Source of the DNA: Burkholderiales bacterium
GTDB taxonomy: Bacteria; Pseudomonadota; Gammaproteobacteria; Burkholderiales; SG8-41
Assembly (NCBI GenBank): GCA_019635015.1
Contig: JAHCAG010000005.1
Location: 10,810-74,809 of the forward strand
Direction: 5' to 3'
DNA length: 64,000 bases
Part shown: positions 19,201-28,020 of the stretch, in pieces
Numbering within the stretch: the first letter of the stretch is position 1
How the letters are laid out: each line of letters starts with the position of its first letter
Program-made: the position numbers and the translations under genes
Notes under the pieces: model-generated
Told to the model about the DNA's origin: nothing
Databases searched by the model: none
Seen by the model: the letters and a program-made list of their open reading frames with translations, nothing else

Positions 19201-20731
19201 CGATACCGTCAAGACCGCCATGACCCATGTCCTGCCGGTGCATGTGGAAAATCTGACACTGACCGGCACGGCGGCCGTCGATGCGACCGGCAACGCGCTC
19301 GACAACGTGCTGACGGGCAACAGTGGGGCGAATGTGCTAACCGGTCTGCAGGGCAACGACACGCTGGACGGCAAGGCCGGGGCGGATGTGATGCGTGGCG
19401 GCGAAGGTGACGATGTTTATGTAGTCGACAATTCGGGTGATGTCGTCATTGAACTGGCAGGTGAAGGAACGGATACCGTAAGGTCATCCCTGAACCATGT
19501 CCTCGGCGCTCATGTGGAGAACCTGGTGCTGACTGGCTCCGCGAATCGTAGCGGAACAGGCAACACGCAGAACAACGTCATTACAGGCAATAACGGTGCG
19601 AATATTATCGCCGGCCTGGAAGGTGACGATATTCTCGCCGGGGGACGGGGTAGTGATACCTACCGCTTCGATGCGGGCTTCGGGCGCGACGTCGTGGTTG
19701 AGGATGACGAGACGGCCGGCAACATCGATCGCATCCTTTTTGGCGCGGGGATTTCCTCGGCGCAGGTCGATTTGGGCCGGTATGGCGACGATCTGATCCT
19801 TCAGGCCGCGAACGGGCAGCACAGCGTGCAGGTTCTGAATTGGTTCGTCGCCGATGCGAACAAGATCGAGCTTGTCGAATTTGTCGATGGTACCGTCTGG
19901 GATGTGGCGACCATTGATTCTTTGGCCATGCAGAACGTTCAGATGCCCGGATTGTTGAGGGGTGGCAATGACGTGTCGATCTTGCTTGGGCAAATCGGCA
20001 ATACGGTTCTGGAGGGTGCGGACGGGGACGATGTGCTTGTCGATGACGACGGCAACAACGTGTTCTCCGGAGGTGCCGGCGATGATGCGGCGACAGGCGG
20101 GGAGGGTAACGATCTGTTCATCGGCGGCACGGGCAACGATACCCTGTTCACGGGGGCAGGAAGCAATCTGATCGCCTACAACGCCGGCGATGGAACCGAT
20201 ACGGTTTATTCAGAGGCCGGCTCCGGAAATGTGCTTTCCCTGGGTGGCGGACTGGCTTATTCGGATCTTTCGTTATCCCGGAACGACAATGACCTGATTC
20301 TGGGTACGGGAGGCGACGACAAGGTCATCTTCAAGGACTGGTATGTGGGCCGGAGCAATCTGCTTAACCTGCAGGTCATCCTCGATGCTTCGGAGGAATT
20401 TGACGAAAATTCGGCTGATCCGCTTCGCAACAGTCGTGTGCAGAATTTTGATTTTCTCGGACTTGTCGGTGCTTTTGACGCCGCGCATACCGCCAATCCT
20501 GGGTTGTCGAGTTGGGCGCTCGGCGATGCATTGACTCAATATCATCTTGCCGGATCCGGGGATGCCGCCATCGGCGGCGATCTGGCCTACTGGTATGCAC
20601 GAAACAACAGTCTGACCGGTATCAGTCTTGCTGCGGCTCAGGGGGTGATCGGTGCCAGTGGGTTCGGGTCAGAGGCGCAATCCCTGCGTCCTTTTTCCGG
20701 ACTGCAGGAAGGACTGATTCATCTGGGCTGA
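9308..20731 (+). CDS. giant (3807 aa) RTX calcium-binding repeat protein with N-terminal lipase (alpha/beta-hydrolase) domain; predicted type I secretion substrate
   Basis: Uninterrupted 11.4-kb ORF. N-terminal [23 protein letters not shown] ... [11 protein letters not shown] nucleophile elbow (Ser codon 9860-9862). Dozens of GGxGxDxL/I nonapeptides. Three cadherin-like/Ig-like modules. Nine composite repeats. Acidic, Cys-free, Gly/Asp-rich C-terminus without a signal peptide. HlyD gene 8 nt downstream. Confidence 0.9.
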   Translation: MIDLLKVFQQTQLAEAAYANFRAVGGGVIFDRDGIIAALQAENFSESQATNFVNEWDVIDHVPNTAFGFSATIFRNRQSGNYTLAIRGSNASSLADILNDINIIASDGLAIAQLVNLYNFWQRANTTLDAEYTAAKAVAQLDAGNGTVSYAINWIPSAQLIDASLRQGSGALTSPPAMLNVTGHSLGGHLAMAFTRLFPDVPSTALVVNALGFKLGTPTVDSVFSQLGGVPAFNASIVTNIYGIAGPEFAAMNNGVLQQPGGYEGLFIENGSINPITGFPSHSSVQMTDSAAVYDLFIRLSSQIRNSTPTEALATLKPLFEASSAQADSSLERIVDALVNLHGLDFAPLTAGKIGDRETLYERIVPLQALVTGLSDNNPDVHVDVLTATSAESMTLLALDSTAFAYRYALKELNPFAIVGDNSLYAIHNQNGELDLYDPIAKTGNLTSDWIADRAEFLARKNMANIADVTAIISPEFGVDNRTQFKDVASGYALTLSEVGLPAHSVSARQIAFGSDASDFLEGGSKSDKLYGNAGADYLRGKLDNDHLEGGRGMDVYEYNGRTSLLSASMNDGNDTLLDTDGKGVLRYVFNEGGVAGIGAKSTSTIIRDVSNRVSGTQWNSADGKFSYQRVQNDLIVTITGDAGGQITLKDFKEGDFGIYLLDEQRDLPETTRDILGDKGYVESAGQRTQLKGPGGVPLKYGAPDFISPTLYRTYEQLALAEPIPADWHHAQLSSPYVLHHTTVNGSVTTEFYALPVTLEYLYVAEDDLGNLQRTADDQAGEEDRLYDSAGNDRIASGSGNDRIDAFRGGADFISAGVGRDVVIAGDGDDVIEGGADGIATLGGVVTAGGDMIAGGAGNDEIYGNTRIALSLAIQQGETATATDAIGDFLSGGEGNDWVVGDAGNDFLAGGDGDDILVGGAGHDNLLGDDNRKVQDAGWSVVRQVSGDEVSGRVYRMVFSGTVEVSGSVEGRDVIYGGAGGDWAFAGGGDDFIDGGSGEDVLFGGAGSDVVIGGLHNDVLIGDGAEVPVEHHGDDYLDGGEGNDTLFGEGGNDVLIGDAGQDILRGGDGNDILIGGTGADILIGGAGKDIYVFNRGDGTDTIFDTAEAVGSPEASVIVFGEGIRKSDVKFGPGSLMINLGPSDPDDPLAGNDQLHFENFNHDYPELTAAIGEIRFADGTSMSYADILAQGFDIDGTALDDLGPAALIGSSITDRIRGFAGNDELEGRDGDDVLIGDGGSDRLDGGNGNDVLDGGAGNDWLAGGMGSDDYRFVSGDGLDTLTEGSLFVRGLSDPVHADRIMFGEGVSREQVSLLRSADGNLSVRYGAGDEILIEGQYGTAGADIERIVFADGQTIEKAELDALEIGVLEGTGGNDELYGTAGNDVLRGHEGDDYLDGGPIPERRVSGGTPVTGNDVLEGSGGADTYALYWGMGADRIIDIADGETNTLQLLDGATLDSVKTSRDGDDLLVTMRGSTDGARIEGFFSGGGAASWQIGSATDGNRPLLELYVAQSTSTNAHAVEAMEDYKQRLLGEWRARGQSNFDQPTHVYVRSTWSQTISEWTRLIPALPEPIIYTQTMVNDPVTYTTINGYAVRQGGRFNALSLNGNSAFQLHVAPLIFNRESDDSRIEVEQSPGGSTDSQSYTYFAGINGPFDNQRSYSYSNGFMVNTVTESSYEAWIPLFLREDEEGDFSLSHHQITENPVIEEIVAGAGNNTIVGALGSSGDHVALIDAGAGDDSIEAGQYDFVFGNEGDDEIFGGAYAYGGDGNDTLSGGHFLSGGADDDVLVGGEDETIFHFRADEAGRDWVEDRNGISLNDFAVKVGLVDSYSNLIYGGKVRYLNSNFLYEEAFRNWVDRNPSWPGFSYANLDHGLPYEEAPQGYHVLGNSSGFPRGVPDKLARGLAPAWGDGYYTWVFNSVEDMMRDFADLGLAFNPAEVQVIPGAADLAEFTADNHEALRPFFDQGILKKDVVELAGFRLETDVLDVGFVPPDDTGDRRALRLVWGEDKVIEVELPSADDLIGHGVETISFGGASFYIGEMIEWAEETGILGTQLEDYIQGTDASDVIRGIGGWDYINGGAGDDILSGGTGADTFAFFEGAGTDTILDGDAEDVIEFDAGITSTQLRLGLGSLRLGYGASGDQILFEGFDPDDVHANTLFSVLQFWDVEEVELPDGSPDFVWTLVEELTYGQVLERGFDLVGTAGDDVLRGTNIHDRFEGGAGNDLLTGGFGSDTYFFSAGDGIDTINDFSESGQINRIVLRDHLEADVAGGREGDYVILRVDGSSDELRIRWDDPTGLGVDEVEFADGAVWNRAYLDSLEISGNLPPVVALPIGPVAFNEDAASGFVVPANIFQDPDAGDLLGYSAALADGGALPSWLSFDPETRTFSGTPANGDVGSFQIRVTVTDRYGASVSDTFSLSVLNTNDAPELVAALADQSAVQGQPFSFALPAESFADVDGGDLLNYTATLANGASLPGWLVFEEATLTFSGVPGNGDVGALKVRVTATDGDGVSVSDTFVLLIANVNDAPELAIPLTDQAVTAGALFSYVVPADTFADADAGDSLSLSARLADGNALPGWLSFDAVTGTFIGTFSGIPSASNVGVLDVEVVATDDGGATGRDSFTLTVNAAPGLVLTGAAGADVLEGGFGNDLIDGLAGADLMAGGDGDDTYVVDHAGDVIIERPGEGRDTVLSSVNYILPDEVENLCLTGAANRNATGNALSNVITGNAGANRLDGGAGADVLIGGLGNDIYIVDDALDAVFEAVSAGTDTVLSSVSHVLSANVEHLTLTGEAVIDGTGNELANTITGNAAANILWGGMGSDRLIGGGGIDTLIGGLGNDVYVIDFIDDILVEFTGEGTDTVQAPFDYTLHEHFENLLLTGDALAGIGNAAANRLTGNAQANVLSGLDGNDVLNGGGGADILIGGAGNDTYIVDDAADVIVELAGEGTDTVQAGVTYTIGEHIERLVLTGNAAIDGTGNSQDNRLTGNAAANTLRGLDGNDILDGKAGADILIGGLGNDSYIIDQTDDVVVEFSGEGIDTVTSSVGYVLSEYVENLILSGSDAVDGTGNGLDNRLTGNAADNMLYGLDGNDVLDGKGGADTLIGGAGDDVYVIDSLGDVAIEYAGEGIDTVQTTLAWTLADHLENLSLTGAAAIDGTGNAADNIIVGNAGANVLRGLDGNDLLDGGTGADTLIGGAGDDHYVVERSTDVVVEAAEEGVDTVYSRVTWTLGDHLEHLVLTGTANTAGTGNALDNSIFGNTGNNTLDGRGGADFMAGGLGNDTYMVDDAGDVVSESAGGGTDTVKTAMTHVLPVHVENLTLTGTAAVDATGNALDNVLTGNSGANVLTGLQGNDTLDGKAGADVMRGGEGDDVYVVDNSGDVVIELAGEGTDTVRSSLNHVLGAHVENLVLTGSANRSGTGNTQNNVITGNNGANIIAGLEGDDILAGGRGSDTYRFDAGFGRDVVVEDDETAGNIDRILFGAGISSAQVDLGRYGDDLILQAANGQHSVQVLNWFVADANKIELVEFVDGTVWDVATIDSLAMQNVQMPGLLRGGNDVSILLGQIGNTVLEGADGDDVLVDDDGNNVFSGGAGDDAATGGEGNDLFIGGTGNDTLFTGAGSNLIAYNAGDGTDTVYSEAGSGNVLSLGGGLAYSDLSLSRNDNDLILGTGGDDKVIFKDWYVGRSNLLNLQVILDASEEFDENSADPLRNSRVQNFDFLGLVGAFDAAHTANPGLSSWALGDALTQYHLAGSGDAAIGGDLAYWYARNNSLTGISLAAAQGVIGASGFGSEAQSLRPFSGLQEGLIHLG
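16270..17200 (+). repeat. 3 tandem ~100-aa cadherin-like / dystroglycan-type Ig-like modules (coding repeat)
   Basis: Three units of the pattern ...F.VPA..F.D.D.GD.L.Y.A.LA.G..LP.WL.F......F.G.P.N.DVG....V.V.ATD..G.S.SD.F.L.V.N.NDAPE. Confidence 0.7.
17210..19660 (+). repeat. 9 tandem composite RTX units of 81-90 aa (coding repeat)
   Basis: Unit pattern GND.Y.VDD..D.V.E...EG.DTV.S...Y.L...VE.L.LTG.A.IDGTGN...N.LTGN...N.L.GL.GND.L.G..GAD.LIGG. Units begin with [80 protein letters not shown] and [10 protein letters not shown]. Confidence 0.75.
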
Positions 20732-20738
20732 GATATCC

Positions 20739-22103
20739 ATGGCGTCCAACAGGACAGGTGTTTCTCCAAGGGATTTTTCCCCGCCGCTGTTGCGTATTCA
20801 GGATGGACCGCCGTCGCCGTTTGCGGGCTGGTTGCTCAGGGCGCTGCTGATCTTTTTCGGCTGTTTGCTGGCATGGGCCGCGTTTGGCCGGCTGGACATC
20901 GTTGCCGTTGCAACGGGCAAGCTGGTGCCCCAGTCCTATTTGCGTATCCTGCAGCCGGCGGAGCACGGCGTGGTCCGGGAAATCCTCGTGCGGGAGGGAG
21001 AGCGTGTCGAAGAAGGGCAGGTTCTCATGCGTATGGATCCCCGCATGCTGGAGGCCGATTGGCGGGTTGTTGAAGGCGAACTTGCGCTCAAGCGGCTGCA
21101 GATCAGGCGCATTGACGCGGAAATTGCAGGCGCCGCCCTGATCGGCGCACCGGGCGATGACGCCGGCTTGCTGGCCCAGGTGAGCGCGCAGTTGCGCGCG
21201 AGACGCCAGGCGCATCTGGATGCGATTGACCTGGAGCGGGCTTTGCTGCTCAAGGCGCAGCGTGACTTGCAGGCAGCGCGGGAAGTGGAGTCGAAGTTGA
21301 AACAGACTGTTCCGATGTACAAGGAAACGGCGGACGGCTGGGCTGATCTGGCGAAGCAGGGGTTCGCGGGGAAGTTGATGGCGCAGGAGCGCATGCGCCA
21401 GTACATCGAAAGCGCGCAGGACCTCAAGGCGCAAAGCGAGAGTGTGGCCAGCCTGCAGGCGACCATCGTGCAGGCGGAGAAACGCCTGTCGCAGATCCAG
21501 TCAAACCACCGGCAGCAACTTCAGGGCGAGCGCATCGAAATTGCCGCAGGAGTGCGTCGCCTGGAGGAAGAACTGGGCAAGCATCAGCACCGCAAGGGCT
21601 TGATGGAACTGCGCGCCCCTCAGGCCGGGATCGTGAAGGACCTGGCGACGCACACGGTGGGCACAGTGGCGGCCCCGGGTACCATCCTGATGACGCTGGT
21701 GCCGGTCAGCGAGCCGCTGGTGGCGGAGGTGTGGGTAAACAACGACGATGTGGGTTTTGTCCGGAAAGGGCAACCTGTCAAACTCAAACTGGCTACCTTC
21801 CAGTTCCAGAAATACGGAATGATCGAAGGTAACGTCAGGCAGGTCAGCGCCGATGCCAGCGAAAATCAGGGCAGCGGACCTGCGCCTGGCGTGGAGATCG
21901 GCAGGAACAGATCGGCGTTGCCGCTGGCTTACAAGGCCATTGTGGAGATGGGCTCCCAGGAACTCGTCAACGGGCAGGCGGCCTATTCACTGGTGCCCGG
22001 CATGCAGGTCGCCGCGGAAATCCATCTGGGGACACGTACGGTGCTGGAATATCTGTTTTCTCCGGTAAGTAGGGCTTTTCATGAGGCCGGGCGGGAGCGT
22101 TGA
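20739..22103 (+). CDS. HlyD-family type I secretion periplasmic adaptor (membrane fusion protein)
   Basis: 454 aa. N-terminal TM (LLRALLIFFGCLLAWAAF), then GRLDIVAVATGKLVP...LRILQPAEHGVVREILVREGERVEEGQVLMRMD, long coiled-coil, C-terminal beta-barrel region ending TRTVLEYLFSP, typical of the HlyD family. Confidence 0.9.
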   Translation: MASNRTGVSPRDFSPPLLRIQDGPPSPFAGWLLRALLIFFGCLLAWAAFGRLDIVAVATGKLVPQSYLRILQPAEHGVVREILVREGERVEEGQVLMRMDPRMLEADWRVVEGELALKRLQIRRIDAEIAGAALIGAPGDDAGLLAQVSAQLRARRQAHLDAIDLERALLLKAQRDLQAAREVESKLKQTVPMYKETADGWADLAKQGFAGKLMAQERMRQYIESAQDLKAQSESVASLQATIVQAEKRLSQIQSNHRQQLQGERIEIAAGVRRLEEELGKHQHRKGLMELRAPQAGIVKDLATHTVGTVAAPGTILMTLVPVSEPLVAEVWVNNDDVGFVRKGQPVKLKLATFQFQKYGMIEGNVRQVSADASENQGSGPAPGVEIGRNRSALPLAYKAIVEMGSQELVNGQAAYSLVPGMQVAAEIHLGTRTVLEYLFSPVSRAFHEAGRER

Positions 22104-22181
22104 GCGGGACAATCCTCGCGCTTGTGCGGCGCCAGGCGAAGTACGCCATGATCTGATTTTGTTCAGTGTTTGAGGTCAGGC

Positions 22182-22760
22182 ATGTCCTATCTCGTACTCG
22201 GTCTTTTAATCTTCCTCGGCGTCCATTCCGTGCGCATCGTCGCCGATGGCTGGCGCACGCGCACGATCGAACGCATCGGGCCGTATCCTTGGAAGGGGAT
22301 TTACACCCTGCTTTCGCTGGCCGGCTTCGCGCTGATGGTCTGGGGTTACGGCGAGGCGCGGCAGGTGCCGGTGATCCTCTACGATCCGCCGCTGTTCACG
22401 CGCCATCTCGCGGCCCTGCTGGTGCTGCTCGCTTTCGTGCTGGTGGCCGCGGCCTATGTGCCGGGCAACCACATCAAGGCGGCGGTCGGGCATCCGATGT
22501 ATGCCGGCATCAAGCTGTGGGCCTTTGCGCACCTGCTGTCGAACGGGCGACTGGCCGATGTGATCCTGTTCGGCGCGTTTCTGGCCTGGGCCATCATCGG
22601 GTTCATTGCCGCGCGGCGGCGTGACCGCAAGGCGGGCACGGTTTATCCGGCAGGCGTGGCCTCACTTTCGGTGCTGACGGTGATTGCCGGATTTATCCTT
22701 TGGGCGGTGTTTGCGTTCTGGGCGCACCGCTGGCTGATCGGGGTGGGGCCGTTCGGCTGA
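22182..22760 (+). CDS. NnrU-family membrane protein
   Basis: About 192 aa from ATG 22182 (GAGG 7 nt upstream). Polytopic, with LGLLIFLGVHSVRI ... HPMYAGIKLWAFAHLLSNG, typical of NnrU. Confidence 0.75.
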   Translation: MSYLVLGLLIFLGVHSVRIVADGWRTRTIERIGPYPWKGIYTLLSLAGFALMVWGYGEARQVPVILYDPPLFTRHLAALLVLLAFVLVAAAYVPGNHIKAAVGHPMYAGIKLWAFAHLLSNGRLADVILFGAFLAWAIIGFIAARRRDRKAGTVYPAGVASLSVLTVIAGFILWAVFAFWAHRWLIGVGPFG

Positions 22761-22800
22761 AGCGGCGTGTCCGGCCAGCGATGGTATTTACTGCGGAAAT

Positions 22801-22839
22801 GCAATAAATATTAATAAAAACAAATAGTTATGTTATTGC
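22801..22839 (+). repeat. AT-rich box copy M3 (gcaataaatattAATAAAAACAAATAGTTATGttattgc)
   Basis: Between convergent genes. The core is flanked by the 7-bp inverted repeat GCAATAA/TTATTGC. 24 of 25 nt match copy M2. Confidence 0.65.
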
Positions 22840-22865
22840 GCTGGCTGAGGTGCCGGTTTCCGGCT

Positions 22866-24374
22866 TCAGGATTCGAGCAACTTAAGCCGCTGCACCTTGC
22901 CTGACGGCCCCTTCGGCAGTTCATCCACGAACTTGATGATCTTCGGCGTCTTGTATTTGCCGAGCTCCTGCGCCGAGAACGCGGCCAGCGCTTCGGCTGA
23001 ACATTCGGCGCCGGGTTTGAGGATCACGCAGGCCATGATTTCCTGGCCGTAGTTGGGGTCGGGGATGCCGACCGCCGCGGCTTCGAGCACAGCGGGGTGT
23101 TTGAGCAGGGCTTCGTCGATTTCGCGCGGGGCGATGTTTTCGCCGCCCTTGATGATCAGTTCCTTGATGCGGCCGGTGACGAAGACGAAGCCGTCTTCAT
23201 CCATGTAGCCCAGGTCGCCGCTGTGCATCCAGCCGTCCGGCTCCAGCGTCTTCGCGGTGTTCTCCGGGTCCTTGTAGTAGCCGGTCATCACGTTGTCGCC
23301 GCGCACCATCAGTTCGCCGGGCGTGCCGCGCGGCTGTTCCCTGCCGGTGGCCGGGTCGATGACCTTGGCTTCGTTGCCCCAGGCGGTGCCGGGACTGCCG
23401 ATCTTGCGCTTCTTCGGGTCGTAGGGATTGGTGAAGCAGGGCGCGTTGGTTTCGGTCATGCCGAAGGTTTCGATGATGCCGATGCCGAATTTGTCCTCGA
23501 AGGCGCGGTGCAGTTCCGGCGGCAGCGGGGCGGAGGCCGAGCGGCAGAACTTGACGCGCGAGACGTCGAGGCCCTTGTCCTTCGGCGTCGGCGCGTTCAT
23601 CAGGTAGGCGATGATGGTCGGCACGACGTTGATCCAGGTGCATTGATGCCGGGCGACCATTTCCCAGTAGCCGCTGACGCTGAAGCGCCGCGGCATCACC
23701 ACGCTGCCGCCGTGCACCAGTGGCGCGACGGTGGTCACGATCTGGCCGTTGATGTGGTACAGCGGCATCGCGCAGAGCACGCGGTCCTGCGCGGTGAGTT
23801 CATGCGCGGAGCTGGTGTATTCGCCGCCGGCGCAGACGCTGCGGTTGGAGAGCACGCAGCCTTTTGGTTTGCCGGTGGTGCCCGAGGTGTACATCAGCAG
23901 CGCGTCGTCGGCCTCCGTGACTTCGGGCAGCGCGGCGCCGGGCAGTGCCGCAGGGTCGAGGATTTGCGTCGCATCGGGATCAATGGCGATGACGGTGATT
24001 TCACGCGGGATGTCCTTGAGTGCCGCTTTCAGGCGTTCGGCGAATTCTTCACTGGTGAACACGAGGCGGGTATCGGAATGCTCCAGCACGTAGGCGAGCT
24101 GCGAGGGCTGGGCCAGCAGGTTCAGCGGCGCGACCATGAAGCCGCCGTACATCACGCCGATCAGCAGGCGCGCGGTCTGGTAGCCGTTGTGCAGCATCAG
24201 CGCGACCTTGTCGCCCTTGCGCAAACCCTTGCCGAGCAGGAAGCGCGTGAGGTCGCGCGAGTCGCTTTGCAGTTGCGCATAGGTCATGCTGGCGCCGGTT
24301 TCCGGCGCGATCAGCCAGGTGGCGCCGGGCTGCTGCACGGCGCGGGTGTCAACGATGTGGCGGATGGTTCGCAT
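22866..24374 (-). CDS. AMP-dependent acyl-CoA synthetase/ligase
   Basis: About 502 aa from ATG 24374. LMYTSGTTGKPKGCVL, YGMTE-like FGMTET and GDLGYMDEDGFVFVTGRIKELIIKGGENI motifs. The tracked N-terminal extension would run into the stop of the upstream gene. Confidence 0.85.
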   Translation of the reverse strand: MRTIRHIVDTRAVQQPGATWLIAPETGASMTYAQLQSDSRDLTRFLLGKGLRKGDKVALMLHNGYQTARLLIGVMYGGFMVAPLNLLAQPSQLAYVLEHSDTRLVFTSEEFAERLKAALKDIPREITVIAIDPDATQILDPAALPGAALPEVTEADDALLMYTSGTTGKPKGCVLSNRSVCAGGEYTSSAHELTAQDRVLCAMPLYHINGQIVTTVAPLVHGGSVVMPRRFSVSGYWEMVARHQCTWINVVPTIIAYLMNAPTPKDKGLDVSRVKFCRSASAPLPPELHRAFEDKFGIGIIETFGMTETNAPCFTNPYDPKKRKIGSPGTAWGNEAKVIDPATGREQPRGTPGELMVRGDNVMTGYYKDPENTAKTLEPDGWMHSGDLGYMDEDGFVFVTGRIKELIIKGGENIAPREIDEALLKHPAVLEAAAVGIPDPNYGQEIMACVILKPGAECSAEALAAFSAQELGKYKTPKIIKFVDELPKGPSGKVQRLKLLES

Positions 24375-24432
24375 CAAAAGCGGTGAGCGGTAAATGGTGA
24401 GTCGTAAGGGGGAAATCCGGACTGCCGCGCCG

Positions 24433-25857
24433 CTAGATGCCGTGTTTTTTACGGTAGTTGCCGAAGATGTCATCCACCGATGGCTCGCGCGACGGGATCG
24501 TGCGCACGATGCGGGTGGTGTTCATGAAGTGGCGGTAGTTGAGGTTCTCGGAGAAGCTGTTGCCCCCCCAGGTGCCGCAACCCATGGTCAGCGAGAACGG
24601 CAGGCCGTTGTCGAAATTGCCGCCGTTGGCGATGGCGTGAGCCTGGTTGACGATCACGCGGCAGACTGTCATTTCCAGCCCAAGTCGCTGGATATGCTCA
24701 TCATTTTTGGTATGTATGCCGCAGGAGTGGCCGTTGCCCTGGTATGCGTAGATCGATTTCATGATGTCGCAGGCGTGGTCGAAGTCGCGCGCCTTGTAGA
24801 GGGCCATCACCGGCGACAGCTTTTCGCCGGAGAAGGGGGCGGACTGGCCGAAGGCGGCTTCCTCGACCATCAGGCATTTGCTGCCGAGGGCTTCGGGGCG
24901 CGTCAGTCCGGCGACTTCGCAGATGCGTTTGACTGATTGCGCAGTGACCGCGGGTGACAGCTTGCCGCCGGGGAACATCACGGCCTGCAGCGTCGTTTTT
25001 TCGTCGGTGGTGAGCAGCGCGCCGCCAGCCTTTGCCAGCGCTGCGAGCATGCGGTCATACACGGCGGCGTGGATGATCAGGCTGTTTTCGGAGGAACAGC
25101 TGGTTGCGTTGTCGAAAATCTTCGAGCGCATGATTTTCTGCGCGGCGTCATCGAGGTCAGCGGAGTCATCGACGATCACCGCGACGTTGCCGGCGCCGAC
25201 GCCCAGTGCCGGCGTACCGCTGGAGTAGCCCGCGCGCACATTGGCCTGCGAGCCGGTGATGACGACAAGGTCGCACTGCTTCATCAGTTCTTTCGAGAGT
25301 TCCTTGGTCACCGGGTGGGGCAACGTTTGCACCAGGTCTGCGGGCGCGCCGATGCGTGCGAACTCGGCATGAATGAATTCGAGCAGTTTCGCTGCGGTCG
25401 AGTATCCCTTGGGCGAGGGCGAGAGGATCACCGCGTTGCCGCACTTCAGCGCGTTGATGATGTTGTTGGCGGGGGTGGCGCCGGGATTGGTCGAGGGCAC
25501 AACGGCGGCGACGACGCCGACCGGGCGCGCAATTTCGGTGATGCCGAGTTCCGGGATTTCGGCGAGCACGCCGGTGGAGATCGCGCCCTGCAGGTCACGC
25601 ATCAGGCCCAGCGTCTTGCGGTGGTTCTTGTTGATCTTGTCTTCCACCGTGCCGAGGCCGGTGTCGCGCACGGCGATCTCGGCCAGCATGCGGTTGCGCG
25701 ACGGTTCCATGATGGCCCAGCCGGCTGCGGTGGCCAGTTCGTCGAGTTGTGCCTGGGACCAGGCATTGATGGCGGCCTGGGCCTTGCGCGCGCGGGTGAC
25801 CAGTACGGCGACGGCCTGTGCGGCGGGTGATGCGGCGGATGAAACGGCGGCGGACAT
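24433..25857 (-). CDS. CoA-acylating aldehyde dehydrogenase (EutE/PduP/AdhE-N-like)
   Basis: 474 aa from ATG 25857 (GGAGAG upstream). VVPSTNPGATP, catalytic Cys context NATSCSSENS, GCGTWGGNS C-terminal motif. The tracked 134-aa N-terminal extension overlaps tctA and is Arg-rich junk. Confidence 0.8.
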   Translation of the reverse strand: MSAAVSSAASPAAQAVAVLVTRARKAQAAINAWSQAQLDELATAAGWAIMEPSRNRMLAEIAVRDTGLGTVEDKINKNHRKTLGLMRDLQGAISTGVLAEIPELGITEIARPVGVVAAVVPSTNPGATPANNIINALKCGNAVILSPSPKGYSTAAKLLEFIHAEFARIGAPADLVQTLPHPVTKELSKELMKQCDLVVITGSQANVRAGYSSGTPALGVGAGNVAVIVDDSADLDDAAQKIMRSKIFDNATSCSSENSLIIHAAVYDRMLAALAKAGGALLTTDEKTTLQAVMFPGGKLSPAVTAQSVKRICEVAGLTRPEALGSKCLMVEEAAFGQSAPFSGEKLSPVMALYKARDFDHACDIMKSIYAYQGNGHSCGIHTKNDEHIQRLGLEMTVCRVIVNQAHAIANGGNFDNGLPFSLTMGCGTWGGNSFSENLNYRHFMNTTRIVRTIPSREPSVDDIFGNYRKKHGI

Positions 25858-25871
25858 GCGTACTCTCCGGG

Positions 25872-27374
25872 CTATTGCGGTTTGTGCTGCTGCTGGCGCA
25901 GGTAGCGGAACAGCGGGTAGATCAGGGTGATTATAGCGACGCACATGATTACGCTCGCGACGGGGCGGGTGAAGAGCACCGTCCAGTCGTTCTCGAAGCT
26001 GATCATCGTGGTCATGAAGTTGGTTTCGGCGAGCGGCCCGAGGATCACGCCCAGCACCATCGGTGTCACCGGGAAGCTGAAGCGTTCGAACAGGTAACCG
26101 ACGATGCCGAAGATCACCATCAGCCAGACGTCGGTCAGGCTGTTGCGCGCGGCGAAGGCGCCGAGCAGGCAGCAGATCACGACGTAGGCGGAAACGATGA
26201 CTTCCGGCAGGTCGAGCACCTTGACCATGTACTTGGTGGCGAAATAACCGATCACGCACATCACCACGATGCCGACGAATACCGAGGCGAACATCGCGTA
26301 GATGATGTGGCTGGAGGTCTGGAACACCTGGGGCCCGGGTTGCAGGCCGTGCAGCAGGAAGGCGCCGAGGATGATCGCGGTCGCGCCGCTGCCGGGAATG
26401 CCCATGGTCACCAGCGGGATGATGGCGCCGCCGACGGAAGCGGTGGCGGCTACCTGCGGCGCGACGATGCCCTCAGGGATGCCGGTCCCCATCTTGTTGC
26501 CGCGTTTGCCGTACTGCGCCTCGATGCCGTAGGACAGGAATGAGGCCACGGTGGCTCCGGCGCCGGGCACGATGCCGATGAAGATTCCGGCAAGCCCGCC
26601 GCGGATGAAGGTGGCTTTCATGGCCAGCGCTTCCTTCAGGCGCGGCAGCCGGGTGCGGATGTCGCCCGCCTTGTCGAGCTGGGGTGAGCGGAAACCCTGC
26701 TCCATGCGCATGAACACTTCACCGAGGCCATAGGCGCCGACCATCACCACCAGGTAATCGATGCCGTCGGCGAGTATCGGCACGTCGAAGGTGAAGCGGT
26801 GTGCACCATAGGTATCGTCAACGCCTACGGTGGCGAGCAGGATGCCGGCGAACAGGCTGATCAGCGCGTTGGCGAGCGAACCGCCGCCCAATGAAACGAC
26901 GCTGGCCAGTCCGAAAAAGATAATCGCGAAATACTCCGGAGATGAAAAGGTCAGCGCGATCTTTGCGACTGGCTGCGACAGCAGCACCATCGTGGTGGCG
27001 GCAACCATGCCGCCGAAGAATGCGGCGAGCAGGGTCCAGCCCAGCGCCTGCGCTGCTTCGCCCTTGCGCGCCATCGGGTAACCGTCCCACAGCAGCGGGA
27101 CGTCGATGGGTTCGCCGGGGACGCGGAAGAGGATGGATGTCCATGCGCCGGCGTAGGTGCCGGAGACATACATCGCCGTGAGCAGGATGATCGCCGGCGT
27201 TACCGCCATGCTGTAGGTGAAGGGCAGTGCCAGCACCACGCCCATGACCAGCGTTAGCCCCGGCAGCACGGCGACCAAGAGGCCGAGCACGATGCCGACG
27301 ATCAGGAACAGCAGGTTCACCGGCTGCATGACCTGCACGAATCCCTGCGCCAGCAGTACGAGGGTGTGGTCCAT
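25872..27374 (-). CDS. tctA: tripartite tricarboxylate transporter large permease TctA
   Basis: 500 aa, polytopic. The N-terminus (LLFLIVGIVLGLLVAVLPGLTLVMGVVLALPFTY) and GIPGSGATAIILGAFLLHG are typical of the TctA family. Confidence 0.9.
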   Translation of the reverse strand: MDHTLVLLAQGFVQVMQPVNLLFLIVGIVLGLLVAVLPGLTLVMGVVLALPFTYSMAVTPAIILLTAMYVSGTYAGAWTSILFRVPGEPIDVPLLWDGYPMARKGEAAQALGWTLLAAFFGGMVAATTMVLLSQPVAKIALTFSSPEYFAIIFFGLASVVSLGGGSLANALISLFAGILLATVGVDDTYGAHRFTFDVPILADGIDYLVVMVGAYGLGEVFMRMEQGFRSPQLDKAGDIRTRLPRLKEALAMKATFIRGGLAGIFIGIVPGAGATVASFLSYGIEAQYGKRGNKMGTGIPEGIVAPQVAATASVGGAIIPLVTMGIPGSGATAIILGAFLLHGLQPGPQVFQTSSHIIYAMFASVFVGIVVMCVIGYFATKYMVKVLDLPEVIVSAYVVICCLLGAFAARNSLTDVWLMVIFGIVGYLFERFSFPVTPMVLGVILGPLAETNFMTTMISFENDWTVLFTRPVASVIMCVAIITLIYPLFRYLRQQQHKPQ

Positions 27375-27950
27375 TCAGCGGATGCCCATGATGCCCATCA
27401 GCAGAATGCTGAACTGCGCGAAGGGGCCGCTGCCCAGCGGCAGCGAGATGTAAACCAGTTTCATGAACACGAACATCAGCAGCAGAGGGCCGCCGATGCT
27501 CATCATGACGATGACTTTTGTCTTCCGGTAACCGCCGATCAGCAGGAATGCGGCGAGATAGGCGGCCGTGGTCAGCACGAATCCGGTGCTGCCGACGAGG
27601 GCCACATAGGCGAGAGTTGCGGCCATGCCGGCGAGCAGGCGCCATGGATGACTGCTTGGCGGTTCTGCCGATTCCGCACCGGAGTCCACATCAGCCCCGC
27701 GCGTGATGTCCTCCAGCACGCTGCCGATTTCGGAGTCAGGGTTTTTCGCGAAGATGATGCGCAGGATTTCGCAGGTGCAGACGATCAGCAGCAGCGCGAG
27801 TATCAGCTTGGGCCAGAAGTCGGGGCCGAGCGTGCCCGCGCGGCGGTGGAATTCGAACTGCGTCGCCACGTAGAGCAGGTACAGGCCCGCGCAGCCTACC
27901 AGCACATAGGGTGCAAGCCGGCGCAGGGGTGTGCGGTGGATGGAAATCAT
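27375..27950 (-). CDS. tctB: tripartite tricarboxylate transporter small subunit TctB
   Basis: 191 aa, 4 predicted TM helices, directly abutting tctA in the standard tctCBA order. Confidence 0.7.
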   Translation of the reverse strand: MISIHRTPLRRLAPYVLVGCAGLYLLYVATQFEFHRRAGTLGPDFWPKLILALLLIVCTCEILRIIFAKNPDSEIGSVLEDITRGADVDSGAESAEPPSSHPWRLLAGMAATLAYVALVGSTGFVLTTAAYLAAFLLIGGYRKTKVIVMMSIGGPLLLMFVFMKLVYISLPLGSGPFAQFSILLMGIMGIR

Positions 27951-28020
27951 GCTGTCTGGGCGCTTGACGTAATCCGGGGCACAGCGTTGTTCGCTGCGCC
28001 CCGGCGGACTGGTCTACTGT

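Noticed and set aside
17210-19660. Regular ~243-270-nt periodicity, considered as a possible CRISPR-like or other non-coding tandem array.
   Set aside because: The period is far longer than a CRISPR repeat-spacer unit. There are no short, exactly conserved direct repeats. The region is in frame within the giant ORF and the conservation is at the amino-acid level.
10886-20166. Numerous 60-370-aa ORFs on both strands inside the giant RTX gene (e.g. 12722..13840, 14882..15766, 17168..18190, 18452..19243).
   Set aside because: All lie within a single uninterrupted 11.4-kb frame whose product has coherent RTX, cadherin-like and lipase domains. The alternative frames give low-complexity sequences produced by the repeat periodicity.
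5389-22103. A classical genomic island or integron (integrase, tRNA-linked att sites, attC arrays).
   Set aside because: There is no integrase or recombinase gene, no tRNA at either boundary, no GTTRRRY-type attC cores at cassette boundaries that I could see, and gene orientations are mixed. Only the IS3 stump and the ~90-nt repeats hint at mobility.
22801-22839. Boxes M3/M2, considered as a chromosome dimer resolution (dif) site because of TTATGTTA.
   Set aside because: Only the XerD-arm-like half (TTATGTTA) matches. There is no GCGCATAA-type XerC arm at the correct 6-nt spacing. The motif also occurs many times, including inside genes, whereas dif is unique.
25858-26259. 134-codon N-terminal extension of the aldehyde dehydrogenase ORF (tracked start 26259).
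   Set aside because: It overlaps tctA out of frame and is Arg-rich junk. A good ATG with a GGAGAG ribosome-binding site at 25857 gives a normal-length (474 aa) enzyme.
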